DNA from: a virus
Taxonomy: Duplodnaviria > Caudoviricetes
IMG/VR virus record: IMGVR_UViG_3300016665_000205
Location: 1 to 30,456 of that record
Strand: one strand, 5' to 3'
DNA: 30,456 nucleotides
Position 1 is the stretch's first letter, and each line of letters starts with the position of its first letter. A program made the translations under genes and the position numbers. The notes beneath the pieces are model-generated. The model did no database searches and had not been told where the DNA came from. It saw only the letters and a program-made list of their open reading frames with translations. Shown one piece after another: positions 16,509 to 25,187 of the stretch.

Positions 16509-17834
16509 ATGGCAATCGCACCCGGAACCGTAGGCCCAGGCGGCGCGAAATTTGGCGCAGGCGCAGGCGGCCCCAACCGCTTCGATTTCACCCAATACGG
16601 TGGCGGCCTGTGGTCCATCGGCATCGACCCGAACTCGCCCACGGTCAAGCAGGATGTTCAGCGCTGGTACGACGCCCAGCCGGCGGCCGTCAAGGCCGAA
16701 GTCCAGAAAGGCATGGGCAACCAGCCGGGCCGGGGAAGCATCGACCCGCTGGTGTATGCCGCCGACTGGCGCGGCCGCGATGTGGCGAGGAAGATCCAGA
16801 AGTCCAACAAGTTCCTCGACACCACCCTCGGCAAGGTGCTGGGCACTGTCGCCACGGTGGGCGCAGGGTTCCTGCCCGGCGGGCAGTTCCTCGCGCCTGC
16901 GGTCGGAGCCGGCATCGGCGGCGCGAAGGGCGGCCTCAAGGGGGCCGTGCTGGGCGGGCTGGGCGGCTACGCCGCAGGGCAGGGTGCTGGCTTCCTGAAG
17001 GGCGCTGCGGCCAAGGCCGGCGGCCTGAAGGCGTTCACGGCCGCGCCGGGCGCGTTCGCCAAGAATGTTGGCGGGCAGGCGGTCACTGCAGCCAAGCAGG
17101 CGGTCACGAAGCCCCTGACGGCTCTGAAGGGCGGTGCTACTACCGGCACGCAGCGTGCGCTCGCCCAGCAGGCTCCTGCGCAGGCTGGCGGGCTTGGTGC
17201 GCCGTCCATGGCGTCTCTGGGGGAGTCCCTGTATACGCCGGCTTCTCTTGCGCCGGGCGCGGCGGAGGCGGCGGCTGCTGCTACTCCGGGCCTGCTGAAA
17301 CGCACGGCGCAGTCCGCACTAGATACGCTCATTTCCAACCCGCTGCAGGCTGGTGCACTTGGTCTGGCCGCCATGCAGGCCATCAAGGGTCCGCAAATGA
17401 GCACCGGCGAGAAGACGGTGGCCGCGCAGAACCAGCAGACGAATGCGCTGACGAACCAGCTCATCTCGCGGTTCCAGTCTGGGGCGCTGGACCCGAACGA
17501 CGAGCGGGCGATCGAGGAATGGCGGCGCGGGTCGCGCGCCCAGGTCGAGCAGTTCTTCGCCAACGCCGGGATCCCGAACTCGACCCAGAAGCTGGACATG
17601 CTGCGCGACATCGACAGCAAGGCGGTCGCCATGCGCGACCAGGTCCGGCAGAACTATGCCTCGGCGGCCATGTCGGGGGCGAACGTCTCGAGCAATGCAG
17701 CGCTGGCGCTGGGTCAGCTTCAGAACCTCGGCGACGCGCAGGCGGCCAATGCGCTTCAGAACCTGATTGCGGCGGCCGCGCAGATGAGCGTGCCGTCTTC
17801 CCGCGGGCAGACACTGCCGGCGGGGGTGGGCTGA
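16509..17834 (+). CDS. Putative internal virion (ejection) protein, Gly/Ala-rich (441 aa)
   Basis: Glycine-zipper segment (AVGAGIGGAKGGLKGAVLGGLGG), Gln/Ala-rich helices; first of three large genes after the tail genes. Confidence 0.65.
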   Translation: MAIAPGTVGPGGAKFGAGAGGPNRFDFTQYGGGLWSIGIDPNSPTVKQDVQRWYDAQPAAVKAEVQKGMGNQPGRGSIDPLVYAADWRGRDVARKIQKSNKFLDTTLGKVLGTVATVGAGFLPGGQFLAPAVGAGIGGAKGGLKGAVLGGLGGYAAGQGAGFLKGAAAKAGGLKAFTAAPGAFAKNVGGQAVTAAKQAVTKPLTALKGGATTGTQRALAQQAPAQAGGLGAPSMASLGESLYTPASLAPGAAEAAAAATPGLLKRTAQSALDTLISNPLQAGALGLAAMQAIKGPQMSTGEKTVAAQNQQTNALTNQLISRFQSGALDPNDERAIEEWRRGSRAQVEQFFANAGIPNSTQKLDMLRDIDSKAVAMRDQVRQNYASAAMSGANVSSNAALALGQLQNLGDAQAANALQNLIAAAAQMSVPSSRGQTLPAGVG

Positions 17835-17835
17835 C

Positions 17836-19530
17836 ATGGCAACCGCGCGTCGTGGTGGAGGGTTGAGTGTGGCTCAGGGCGCTGGGCCGGGCGGCCCGGA
17901 GCTGACCTCCATCCCATTGCCGGCGTCCGCCCGCAGGGCTGCGCCCCAGCCCATTCCTGCGGCCGCGCCGGTGCCGGCACAGGTCGGTGTGGATGCGTTG
18001 CTCTCCGGCGTGCCGCAGTTACCTGTGACCGAAGTTCCGCCGCTACCTGATTTTCAGGTCGGGGTGGTCGGGGTGCCGTTGCCGCAGCCTAGCAGGGAGA
18101 CGACTGAGCTTCGCGGCATGCTGTCCGAGGCGCAGGGCGCGTTGAGGGACGAAGACCTCCGGGCCGAGGCCGCGCGCACCGCATTGGCCGAGCAGTATGC
18201 GGCGGCCGTCGCCGCGCCGTTGCCGGCGATGGAGGAGCGTCCGCAGTTGCCGGATGCGCCGGTGATGCGGAACTGGCAGGAGGCTGTGCAGGAGCAGATG
18301 CCGTTGCTGGCGCTGATCGCAGTGCTCGGCGCTGCCGGCACTCGCCAGCCCCTGCTGAACGCCATGAACGCGATGACGACCGCGACGCTGGCCCTCCAGA
18401 AGGGGCAGTACGATGAATACGAGCGCAGCCTGCGGCAGTGGGAAGTCGAGAGCAAGGTGGCGCTGGACAAGATTCAGGCTTGGCAGGACAAGCGGAAGGA
18501 AATTCTCGACAGCCGAAATCTGTCCATCGAACAGAAGAAGGCCATGCTGGAAGCCATGGATGAGAGTGCGACGAAGCGTCGCGCCTTGTACCAGGGTGAT
18601 GTGGAGCGAATCTCCTATTGGCTGGAGGAAAGCGCAAAGGCAGATCAGGCCATCCAGAAGGCCCTTGAGGCCAACGCAAAGATGGCACAGACCGCCGAAG
18701 CGACGAATGCACGCTTGGGGCAGGCCGGCGCGATCGCAGACCGCAGGTTTGCCCTTTCCCAAGCTGACTCCGCCCGTCGTGATGCGCAGGCGAGGGTCCG
18801 TACGGCCATCGATACCCAGCGGCTCATCACTGAGCAACTTCGCGCGGTCAACGAACAGAGCAGGTATGCGTCTGAAGACGAGAGCCGAAAGTTCAAGCTG
18901 GACAAGCTGAAGCTTGAAATTGAACAGGGCAAGGCCTTGATGGAGGAGAGAAAGGCCCGCCTCAAACTTGAACAGTCGAAAGCCGCGCAACAGGCGGCTC
19001 TTAATGACATCAAGATGGAGAAGGCAAAGCTTGAAATTGCGAATATGGAGCGCGCTAAGGGCGAACTTAGCACCTCTCAGTTCCAGCAAGCGAAAGCCTT
19101 GAAGAAACAGTTCGACACGGATACGGGCAAGCTGTTTGATGACCTTGAAGCCATGGAGAACATCCTTGAGCTTCGTGGAGAGCCCCTTGGCGCGGAACTC
19201 GCGAACAACTGGCTTGTGAGTCTCGCGCCCGGAAGGCAGACCACGAATCAGCAGTTGAATGCGATCAAAAACACCGGCGACCTTGGGACTCGCATTCAGA
19301 ACACCTACTCGATGTTCCTCACCGGCAAACCTGGGCCGCAGGCCATGGAAGATGTGGCGAAGCTCATCAGGGACATGGCCCCTCTTTACCGGCAGCGCAT
19401 CGACACGCAGATTGAGCGTGTTGGCTCTCAGGTCCAGACCCTGTTCCAGAGTTCCGGCGATGATGTGCAGTTGAAGGTGTTCGAATTCATCGTTCCAGAA
19501 ACCATTCCGGGCGGAGAGCTTTCCCGATGA
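17836..19530 (+). CDS. Putative internal virion (ejection) protein, coiled-coil (564 aa)
   Basis: Pro-rich N-terminus, one hydrophobic stretch (LLALIAVLGAAG), long E/K/Q/A coiled coil. Confidence 0.65.
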   Translation: MATARRGGGLSVAQGAGPGGPELTSIPLPASARRAAPQPIPAAAPVPAQVGVDALLSGVPQLPVTEVPPLPDFQVGVVGVPLPQPSRETTELRGMLSEAQGALRDEDLRAEAARTALAEQYAAAVAAPLPAMEERPQLPDAPVMRNWQEAVQEQMPLLALIAVLGAAGTRQPLLNAMNAMTTATLALQKGQYDEYERSLRQWEVESKVALDKIQAWQDKRKEILDSRNLSIEQKKAMLEAMDESATKRRALYQGDVERISYWLEESAKADQAIQKALEANAKMAQTAEATNARLGQAGAIADRRFALSQADSARRDAQARVRTAIDTQRLITEQLRAVNEQSRYASEDESRKFKLDKLKLEIEQGKALMEERKARLKLEQSKAAQQAALNDIKMEKAKLEIANMERAKGELSTSQFQQAKALKKQFDTDTGKLFDDLEAMENILELRGEPLGAELANNWLVSLAPGRQTTNQQLNAIKNTGDLGTRIQNTYSMFLTGKPGPQAMEDVAKLIRDMAPLYRQRIDTQIERVGSQVQTLFQSSGDDVQLKVFEFIVPETIPGGELSR

Positions 19531-22500
19531 CCACTCTGCAAGAGGCGATTGAAAAGCGCAGGTCTCAGCTTCGCGAACCCGCGCCAGCTGAACCTGTTGC
19601 CGAGTATGTCGAGGAATACACGGTCAGCCCCACCTCGTACACCCGCGAGGAGAAACAGGTCCTGCGCCAGCGACGAGAGGAGTCCAAGACCGGCATCGGC
19701 TTTCCCAGCGCCGGCAGGGCCAAGGAGTTGGTCAAGGAGGGCATCGTCACCGGAACCGCAGGGATGGCAAACCTTCCGTTGACGCTCAATGCGCTGGCAG
19801 GCAAGGCCATGGCTGCACTGGTCCCGGCTGGTCCGGTCAAGCGCATGGCCGAGGCGGCGTCTGGACTGGAGCAGAAATCTCTCGCCGCCATCGAGCCGGT
19901 TGTCCGCGGTGCCATGTCGGGCCGGCTGGAGGCCGTTCCAAGCCCCATGGTGCCGAAGCCCGGCGAGCGCCTGCCAGAAATGCTGCCGCCTGAAACGCTG
20001 ATGGAGAACGTCCTATATCGCGGTGGCCAGTTCTTCCCGGAGGCAGTGACGGCTGCCACCGCGACCCGCGCCCTACTGGGGCAGGCAGCGCCGGGTATCG
20101 CCGGCGTAGCTGCAGGTGCTGCTCGAGCCATCCCCGGAGCGGCAGGCTCTTCGCTGGGCCTGGGCGGCGTGTCCGTCATCGGCGAGGAAGTCGGCGGGCT
20201 TCTGGGGCGTCCTCTGGGCGCAGAAGAGGGCGGTCGGCTGATGGGCCGCATCAGCGCTGAGTTGCTGGGAGGCATGGTGACGCAGGCCGGCGGCCGCGCC
20301 GTGGTTGGGACTGCGGCAGATGCTGGGAAGAGGGTACTGGAGCCTCTCTATCGCCCGGCAATGGCGGCCGCTCGTCGTGTGTTCGACGGTACTGCGCTTG
20401 AGGCCATGCAGGGCGGGACTGTGCCGGGCATGGATCGCGTCCAAGCCGGACTTGACCAGTTCATGGCGACGCGCGAAGGGCAGCGCCTCGCGCAGGCCCT
20501 CGCTGGCCGCCAGCAGGTGACTGAGGACATTGCTCGCGCTGCCGAGAAGGCGATGGCTGATGTCGGCCTTCCGCTGACGATCGACCTCGCGACCCGCTCT
20601 GGCGCTGCCGAAATGCGCAACCTCGTCGCTCAACTTGAGCGCAAGAGCGAAGCCATGCGTTCCAGAAAGGTCCAGCAGGAAACACGGCTTGAAGAAGGCA
20701 TGCAGCGGTTGTTCGACCAGGCATCTGCAGGACAGCGGCAGGCCAACCTGCATTTGCTCTCGCGCCAGAGTCTGGATGAAATCATTCGCCGGCAGGAGAC
20801 GAAGATTTCCCAATACGAACAGCAGATGGATGAGATTGTCAGCCGCATCGGCGAGGGCGGCGCGACGTTCGAATCCGTTGGGCGGCAGATGAGGGATGCG
20901 TTGGTTTCTGAGCGCAACGCCATGCGCCAGGAGTTCCAGACGGTGTATCAGCTTCTGGACAACGATGGCAACCAAGTCTCTGCCCAGCTTCCGGGCGGCG
21001 GCTACCAGCTCGACAACATCCTCGGCTATATCGAAAGCTTGCGCAAGCAGCCTCATCTATTCGACAGGGTGCATAGCGCGATCACTCGGTACGATCGAGA
21101 CGGCCGGAAATACATGCTGAAGGAAGAGCCGGTGAATTCCGCAGATAACCTGCCGGATTCTGGAGACTTCCCAGAGGTCATGTCGGCGGACGAAATTGGA
21201 AATCCGGCGACCGCACAAGCGGACACCATCGACAAGGCCCGCAAGGATTCCGAAGGCTATCGCGGTATTCAGGAATACCCGGTGGGCGATATCCCCGTCG
21301 ACCTTTCCAAGTACAAGCCAGTGTCGTTCCAGACCTTGCGCCATCTCCGTCGAGATGCGGGCTTTGCCCTTCGCAACTCTCCGCCGGAATTGCGCGGGCC
21401 GCTCATGGAACTCCAGCGCCTGATTGACGAGGAGATAGCAGAGAAGACCCCTGAGCTGTTCGACGCATTCAGACGGGTTCAGCAAGACTACGCTACCGAA
21501 TACATTGGAAGGTATCAGCGCGGGGTGGCGGGGAAAATCTTGGCATCCAACCGCGAAGGCGTCATGACCGTCTTCGACAACAAGTTGCTCAAGGCCTTCT
21601 GGGATGCCGGTGCTGCTGGCGCAGCGCAGGCGCGGGCGCTGGGCATTAACCAGATGACTCCTAATCCGCTCCTTACCATCTCGCTGAAGAAATTGGCGGA
21701 GCAGATCGGGTCGAAAGACCCCGCGAACGCTGCGCGGAACTTCGAAGTGTTCATTCGCAACAACCGCGAATTCCTCGATGCCGCAGAACTGACCCCCTAC
21801 TTCTCCGACATGCGGACGAGCATGGAAGCGCTGAACGATTCACTTGCGACAGCGAGGGCAGAAGAGAAACTGATCGACAAGGAGTTGCTCAGACGTCTCA
21901 TCAAGAGCCTGGAAATTCCGATTGGAGATCGCCAAGACGTAGGGGATGTCCTGCGCACGATGACCGGCAACCCGGAAGAGCGGGAGGCCCTGACGCGCAT
22001 GATGTCGCGCCCCGGCATGGAAGACTTCCGGGATTCCGTGCTCAACACGTTGCTGGAGTCTATGCGCGCAGCCCGCAGCAAGAAGCCGTTCGAAGAGATG
22101 CTTGCCCTGGAGCCTGTGCTTCGGCCGCTGTATGCCACGAAGAGCGCGGATGCGTTCGACAAGGCGCTGGCGTTCGCCGCAGTCGTGCAGGCTCGGCGCA
22201 TGACTCCGCCGACGGCTTTCCCGCAGGGCTTGGAATCCATCGCGTCGCAGGACCCTGCTGCTCGGGCGCTCGGAACCAGTTCTGTGGCTATCCTCGGCAG
22301 GGTCAGGTCTGTCGTCATGGGCTACATGTCGAAGCTCTACGCCGGCTTCGACATCCTGTCTCGCTATGGCATCAAGTTGTCGCGCGAGAGGGCAGATCGC
22401 CTGATGATGGACGCCATCTACGATCCGAACGCCGCCAATCAGTTGATGGCCCTGACGTTCACCCTCGATCGGCCGAACGTGTCGCTCGGCGCGGTCAATC

Positions 22501-22607
22501 TGGCCCTGAAGAAATGGAACCAGTACGCCATCGAAAATGGCCTCACAGTCCTGCTCTACGAAACGACTGAGCGGACCCCGACCCCAGCGCCTCTGCCGGT
22601 GGACTAA
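19527..22607 (+). CDS. Large putative internal virion (ejection) protein (1026 aa)
   Basis: ATGA-coupled; Gly/Ala-rich membrane-like N-terminal region followed by a helical body; podovirus position. Confidence 0.7.
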   Translation: MTTLQEAIEKRRSQLREPAPAEPVAEYVEEYTVSPTSYTREEKQVLRQRREESKTGIGFPSAGRAKELVKEGIVTGTAGMANLPLTLNALAGKAMAALVPAGPVKRMAEAASGLEQKSLAAIEPVVRGAMSGRLEAVPSPMVPKPGERLPEMLPPETLMENVLYRGGQFFPEAVTAATATRALLGQAAPGIAGVAAGAARAIPGAAGSSLGLGGVSVIGEEVGGLLGRPLGAEEGGRLMGRISAELLGGMVTQAGGRAVVGTAADAGKRVLEPLYRPAMAAARRVFDGTALEAMQGGTVPGMDRVQAGLDQFMATREGQRLAQALAGRQQVTEDIARAAEKAMADVGLPLTIDLATRSGAAEMRNLVAQLERKSEAMRSRKVQQETRLEEGMQRLFDQASAGQRQANLHLLSRQSLDEIIRRQETKISQYEQQMDEIVSRIGEGGATFESVGRQMRDALVSERNAMRQEFQTVYQLLDNDGNQVSAQLPGGGYQLDNILGYIESLRKQPHLFDRVHSAITRYDRDGRKYMLKEEPVNSADNLPDSGDFPEVMSADEIGNPATAQADTIDKARKDSEGYRGIQEYPVGDIPVDLSKYKPVSFQTLRHLRRDAGFALRNSPPELRGPLMELQRLIDEEIAEKTPELFDAFRRVQQDYATEYIGRYQRGVAGKILASNREGVMTVFDNKLLKAFWDAGAAGAAQARALGINQMTPNPLLTISLKKLAEQIGSKDPANAARNFEVFIRNNREFLDAAELTPYFSDMRTSMEALNDSLATARAEEKLIDKELLRRLIKSLEIPIGDRQDVGDVLRTMTGNPEEREALTRMMSRPGMEDFRDSVLNTLLESMRAARSKKPFEEMLALEPVLRPLYATKSADAFDKALAFAAVVQARRMTPPTAFPQGLESIASQDPAARALGTSSVAILGRVRSVVMGYMSKLYAGFDILSRYGIKLSRERADRLMMDAIYDPNAANQLMALTFTLDRPNVSLGAVNLALKKWNQYAIENGLTVLLYETTERTPTPAPLPVD

Positions 22608-22804
22608 TGGCAACGAAAAAGCCGAAAATCGACCTGACGGATGATATTCGGGTGGCGCTCCGGCGCGAGCTGGATACGCTGAAGGAGCATGCGGAGTTGG
22701 CCGACCGCATGGCGATCATCGACCGGGCCATCAAGTTCGAAGCCATGCGAAGGAAGGGTGGCGACGATGAATACGGTTCTGCTTTTGAGGAGGATGAGGG
22801 ATGA
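22607..22804 (+). CDS. Hypothetical protein (65 aa), acidic C-terminus
   Basis: TAATG overlap with the upstream stop; coupled downstream. Confidence 0.7.
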   Translation: MATKKPKIDLTDDIRVALRRELDTLKEHAELADRMAIIDRAIKFEAMRRKGGDDEYGSAFEEDEG

Positions 22805-23004
22805 GCGAGTCGACTGCTGCGGTGCTGCTCCTGCGGGCGGCGCTGGGAAACAAGATTGCGATGCTGCTGGCCATGTTCACGGCGGCGGCGGGGTTCGCGT
22901 GGTGCCTGTATGAGCCGGACTGGATCCGCTTCACGGCTGCCACGACCTACACGTTCCTGACCTACGTTGCCGTGCTGCGCGGCCACAAGGAGCCGATCGA
23001 ATGA
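22801..23004 (+). CDS. Small two-TM membrane protein (67 aa)
   Basis: GAGGATGAGGG upstream; hydrophobic IAMLLAMFTAAAGFAWCLY and FTAATTYTFLTYVAVL. Confidence 0.65.
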   Translation: MSESTAAVLLLRAALGNKIAMLLAMFTAAAGFAWCLYEPDWIRFTAATTYTFLTYVAVLRGHKEPIE

Positions 23005-23186
23005 AGACCATCGAAGCCTACATGCCGGAGACGCTGACGACCTCCAACCCGGCCAAGACCATGCTGGAGAAGCGTCCGTTCATCCCGCAGTTCAACGCCC
23101 GTGACCTGTCCCAGACGCGGGACGGCACCTGCGCGCCGCCCTGCACCATGCCGAACACCATCCGGTCCCTGCGCCGCCGTCCGTAA
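23001..23186 (+). CDS. Hypothetical protein (61 aa)
   Basis: AAGGAG RBS; ATGA and TAATG coupling on both sides. Confidence 0.65.
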   Translation: MKTIEAYMPETLTTSNPAKTMLEKRPFIPQFNARDLSQTRDGTCAPPCTMPNTIRSLRRRP

Positions 23187-23626
23187 TGGAGACGCTGTCG
23201 CAGAAGCAGTGGAGGTTCCTGCAGTACCTCGGGCATCTGATCCGCTGGGCGGAGGCCGAGGGCTACGCCCTGACCGGCGCGGAACTGTTCCGCTCCCCTG
23301 AGCAGGCGGCAATCCACGCCACGCCCGGCACCTCGCTGGACATGGCAGCCGACCGGATTGCCGACATCTGTCCGGCCGTCGCCCGCGAGTTCAAGGCCAT
23401 CGCCAAACGCCGCGTCGGTCCCACGGGTCGCGAGATGTCCATCCACCGCGACAGACTGGGCGTCGACCTCAACCTGTTCATCGGCGGCCGCTACCAGGCG
23501 GACTCTGCGGCCTACGAGCCGCTGGGCGTGTTCTGGGAGAGCCTGCACGCCGACTGTGTCTGGGGCGGCAGGTTCAGCCGGCCCGATGGCAACCACTTCT
23601 CTCTGCGCCATGAAGGGCGGGCCTGA
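23186..23626 (+). CDS. Endolysin, M15-family zinc peptidase
   Basis: ELFRSPEQ, SIHRDRLGVD (S-x-H-x6-D), WGGRF..DGNHFS. Confidence 0.88.
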   Translation: METLSQKQWRFLQYLGHLIRWAEAEGYALTGAELFRSPEQAAIHATPGTSLDMAADRIADICPAVAREFKAIAKRRVGPTGREMSIHRDRLGVDLNLFIGGRYQADSAAYEPLGVFWESLHADCVWGGRFSRPDGNHFSLRHEGRA

Positions 23627-23627
23627 C

Positions 23628-23960
23628 ATGGACCCGCAGGCGGCGGAGCAGGCCGGCAAGACGGTCGCCGACTACAGCACCCTGACCTATGTCTGGGTCA
23701 TCGCATTGAGCGTCTGGGGCGGCGTCGTGTCATGGGTGGGCAAGGTCCGGCGTGGGGAGGTCAGCCCGATGTCCCTGCTGGAACTGTTCGCCGAGGTGGT
23801 GGTGGCCGGGTTCGTCGGCATGCTGACGTTCTGGCTGTGCGAGGCGGCGGAGATGGCTCCGCTGCTGACCGCGGCGCTGGTGGGCGTCTCGAGCCACATG
23901 GGCACGCGCGCCCTGTTTCAACTGGAGCGGTTTTTCTCCTCCAAGCTGCCGAAGGGATGA
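23628..23960 (+). CDS. Holin (LydA-like, 110 aa)
   Basis: YVWVIALSVWGGVVSW, ELFAEVVVAGFVGMLTFWLCE, TAALVGVSSHMGTRAL; follows the endolysin. Confidence 0.82.
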   Translation: MDPQAAEQAGKTVADYSTLTYVWVIALSVWGGVVSWVGKVRRGEVSPMSLLELFAEVVVAGFVGMLTFWLCEAAEMAPLLTAALVGVSSHMGTRALFQLERFFSSKLPKG

Positions 23961-24107
23961 ATGATGCCAAAGGGAACGAAGGTGGAGCGTTGCTACACCG
24001 ACTTGAAGAAGACCATGCCCAAGGGGCGTGCTGCAGCTATCTGCCAGAAGTCGACGGGCCTTTCTTTGGCGACGGGCAAGCCCCCGAAGGGAAAGCGCGG
24101 CAAATGA
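23961..24107 (+). CDS. Small basic two-Cys protein (47-48 aa), not in the ORF track
   Basis: (M)MPKGTKVERCYTDLKKTMPKGRAAAICQKSTGLSLATGKPPKGKRGK; abuts the holin stop; AAGGGA upstream. Confidence 0.65.
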   Translation: MMPKGTKVERCYTDLKKTMPKGRAAAICQKSTGLSLATGKPPKGKRGK

Positions 24108-24227
24108 TGCGGGGGCCATGGATGGCTGATGGATGTCGAGAGTCTGCGGTTCGCGCAGGTTGTGCGGGTGGCGCTGGTCATGGTGACCGCGCCGGTGTCG
24201 TGTTGGCAGGCGGCGCGGGAGGTCCCT

Positions 24228-24647
24228 GTGATCGGTGACGCCATCGCAGGGGTGCTGGGCAAGGTCATCGACCGGGCGTGGCCAGATCCTGTCGAGAAGG
24301 CCAAGATGGCCATCGCCATCGAAGAGATGCGCCAGAACGGCGACTTCCGGGCGCTGGACGCCGAGCTCGAGCGCAGCCGGCAACAGGTCGAGGTCAACAA
24401 GGTCGAAGCGGCCAGCCCCGACAGGTTCGTCAGCGGCTGGCGTCCTGCGATCGGATGGGTCTGCGCCTGCGCCCTGGGCTGGCACTACATCGGCCGCCCC
24501 ATCGCAAGCTGGACCCTGCTCATGACCGGGGCGGACCAGCCCATCCCGGCAGTTGAACTGGGCGACCTGTGGGTCGTCATGCTGGGCATGTTGGGCCTTT
24601 CCGGCATGCGCTCCTACGACAAGGCCAAAGGCACCGCCCTGCACTAA
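24228..24647 (+). CDS. Holin of the 3TM gene-transfer-agent family (139 aa)
   Basis: GGAGG RBS then GTG 24228; KVIDRAWPDP, EVNKVEAAS..FVSGWRPAIGWVC, LGMLGLSGMRSYDKAKG. Confidence 0.85.
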   Translation: MIGDAIAGVLGKVIDRAWPDPVEKAKMAIAIEEMRQNGDFRALDAELERSRQQVEVNKVEAASPDRFVSGWRPAIGWVCACALGWHYIGRPIASWTLLMTGADQPIPAVELGDLWVVMLGMLGLSGMRSYDKAKGTALH

Positions 24648-24856
24648 CGCAGGCAGAAAATCCTGAACCCGTCGCCTTCCTTGCGCGACGCGAACTTCCT
24701 GCCACACCGTTTGCTCCAGTAAAACAGGGCATACGACACAGCATATCTGCGCGGCACATTGACCCACCGGGATTGCCCGGGTTTCATTCGCTGCAGCCAG
24801 TCCCATTTCCGCCTGTCTGGTGGAGCAATTCCTTCGTCAAATTCTTCAGTTCCCAT
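24644..24856 (-). CDS. Small basic putative DNA-binding protein (70 aa)
   Basis: KWDWLQRMKPGQSRWV...RKFASRKEGDGFRIF resembles a common small phage family (KYPF..M..GDSF...KF..R....G.RVWR); fills a + strand coding gap. Confidence 0.6.
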   Translation of the reverse strand: MGTEEFDEGIAPPDRRKWDWLQRMKPGQSRWVNVPRRYAVSYALFYWSKRCGRKFASRKEGDGFRIFCLR

Positions 24857-24908
24857 TCGCTTTCTGCTATTCTAACTCTTCCAAACATCCTATCATTGGA
24901 GGAAGGTG

Positions 24909-25130
24909 ATGCGATATTACGTCGTGGATTGCGAGCTGGGGTCCGAGCGACTCCAGTTCATGGTGAAGGCGAAGAGCAAGGCGGACGCGCGTCGGCATGT
25001 GACCGACAAGGTCACCGAGGCGTCCCTCGCGGCGCAGGACGATCTGGTCGCATGGGTGGCCGCGGGCCGTCCCATCGAGCAGGCCCAGGAAGCCGCCGCA
25101 GAGGTCTCAGAAGCCGGCGAAGCCGCGTAA
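24909..25130 (+). CDS. Hypothetical protein (73 aa)
   Basis: GGAGG 24898-24902; TATCAT -10-like hexamer at 24891. Confidence 0.75.
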   Translation: MRYYVVDCELGSERLQFMVKAKSKADARRHVTDKVTEASLAAQDDLVAWVAAGRPIEQAQEAAAEVSEAGEAA

Positions 25131-25138
25131 CCATGCGA

Positions 25139-25171
25139 GCACAAGGGGGCGGGAAGGACGCCCCCCTGTGC
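25139..25171 (+). other. GC-rich hairpin with GGAAGGA loop, no U-tract
   Basis: GCACA-A-GGGGGCG / CGCCCCC-C-TGTGC; lies between a stop codon and the next RBS. Confidence 0.55.
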
Positions 25172-25187
25172 CTTGCGAGGAGGTGTC

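Noticed and set aside
5380-17866. Long same-strand alternative-frame ORFs (5380-6609, 12906-13655, 16610-17866)
   Set aside because: Arg/Pro/Gly-rich shadow translations typical of GC-rich DNA, with no family motif, unlike the nested ORF at 28518
24129-24227. N-terminal extension of the 3TM holin with PVSC as a possible lipobox/spanin
   Set aside because: Poor lipobox, no SD at 24129, and a clear GGAGG precedes GTG 24228 where family similarity begins
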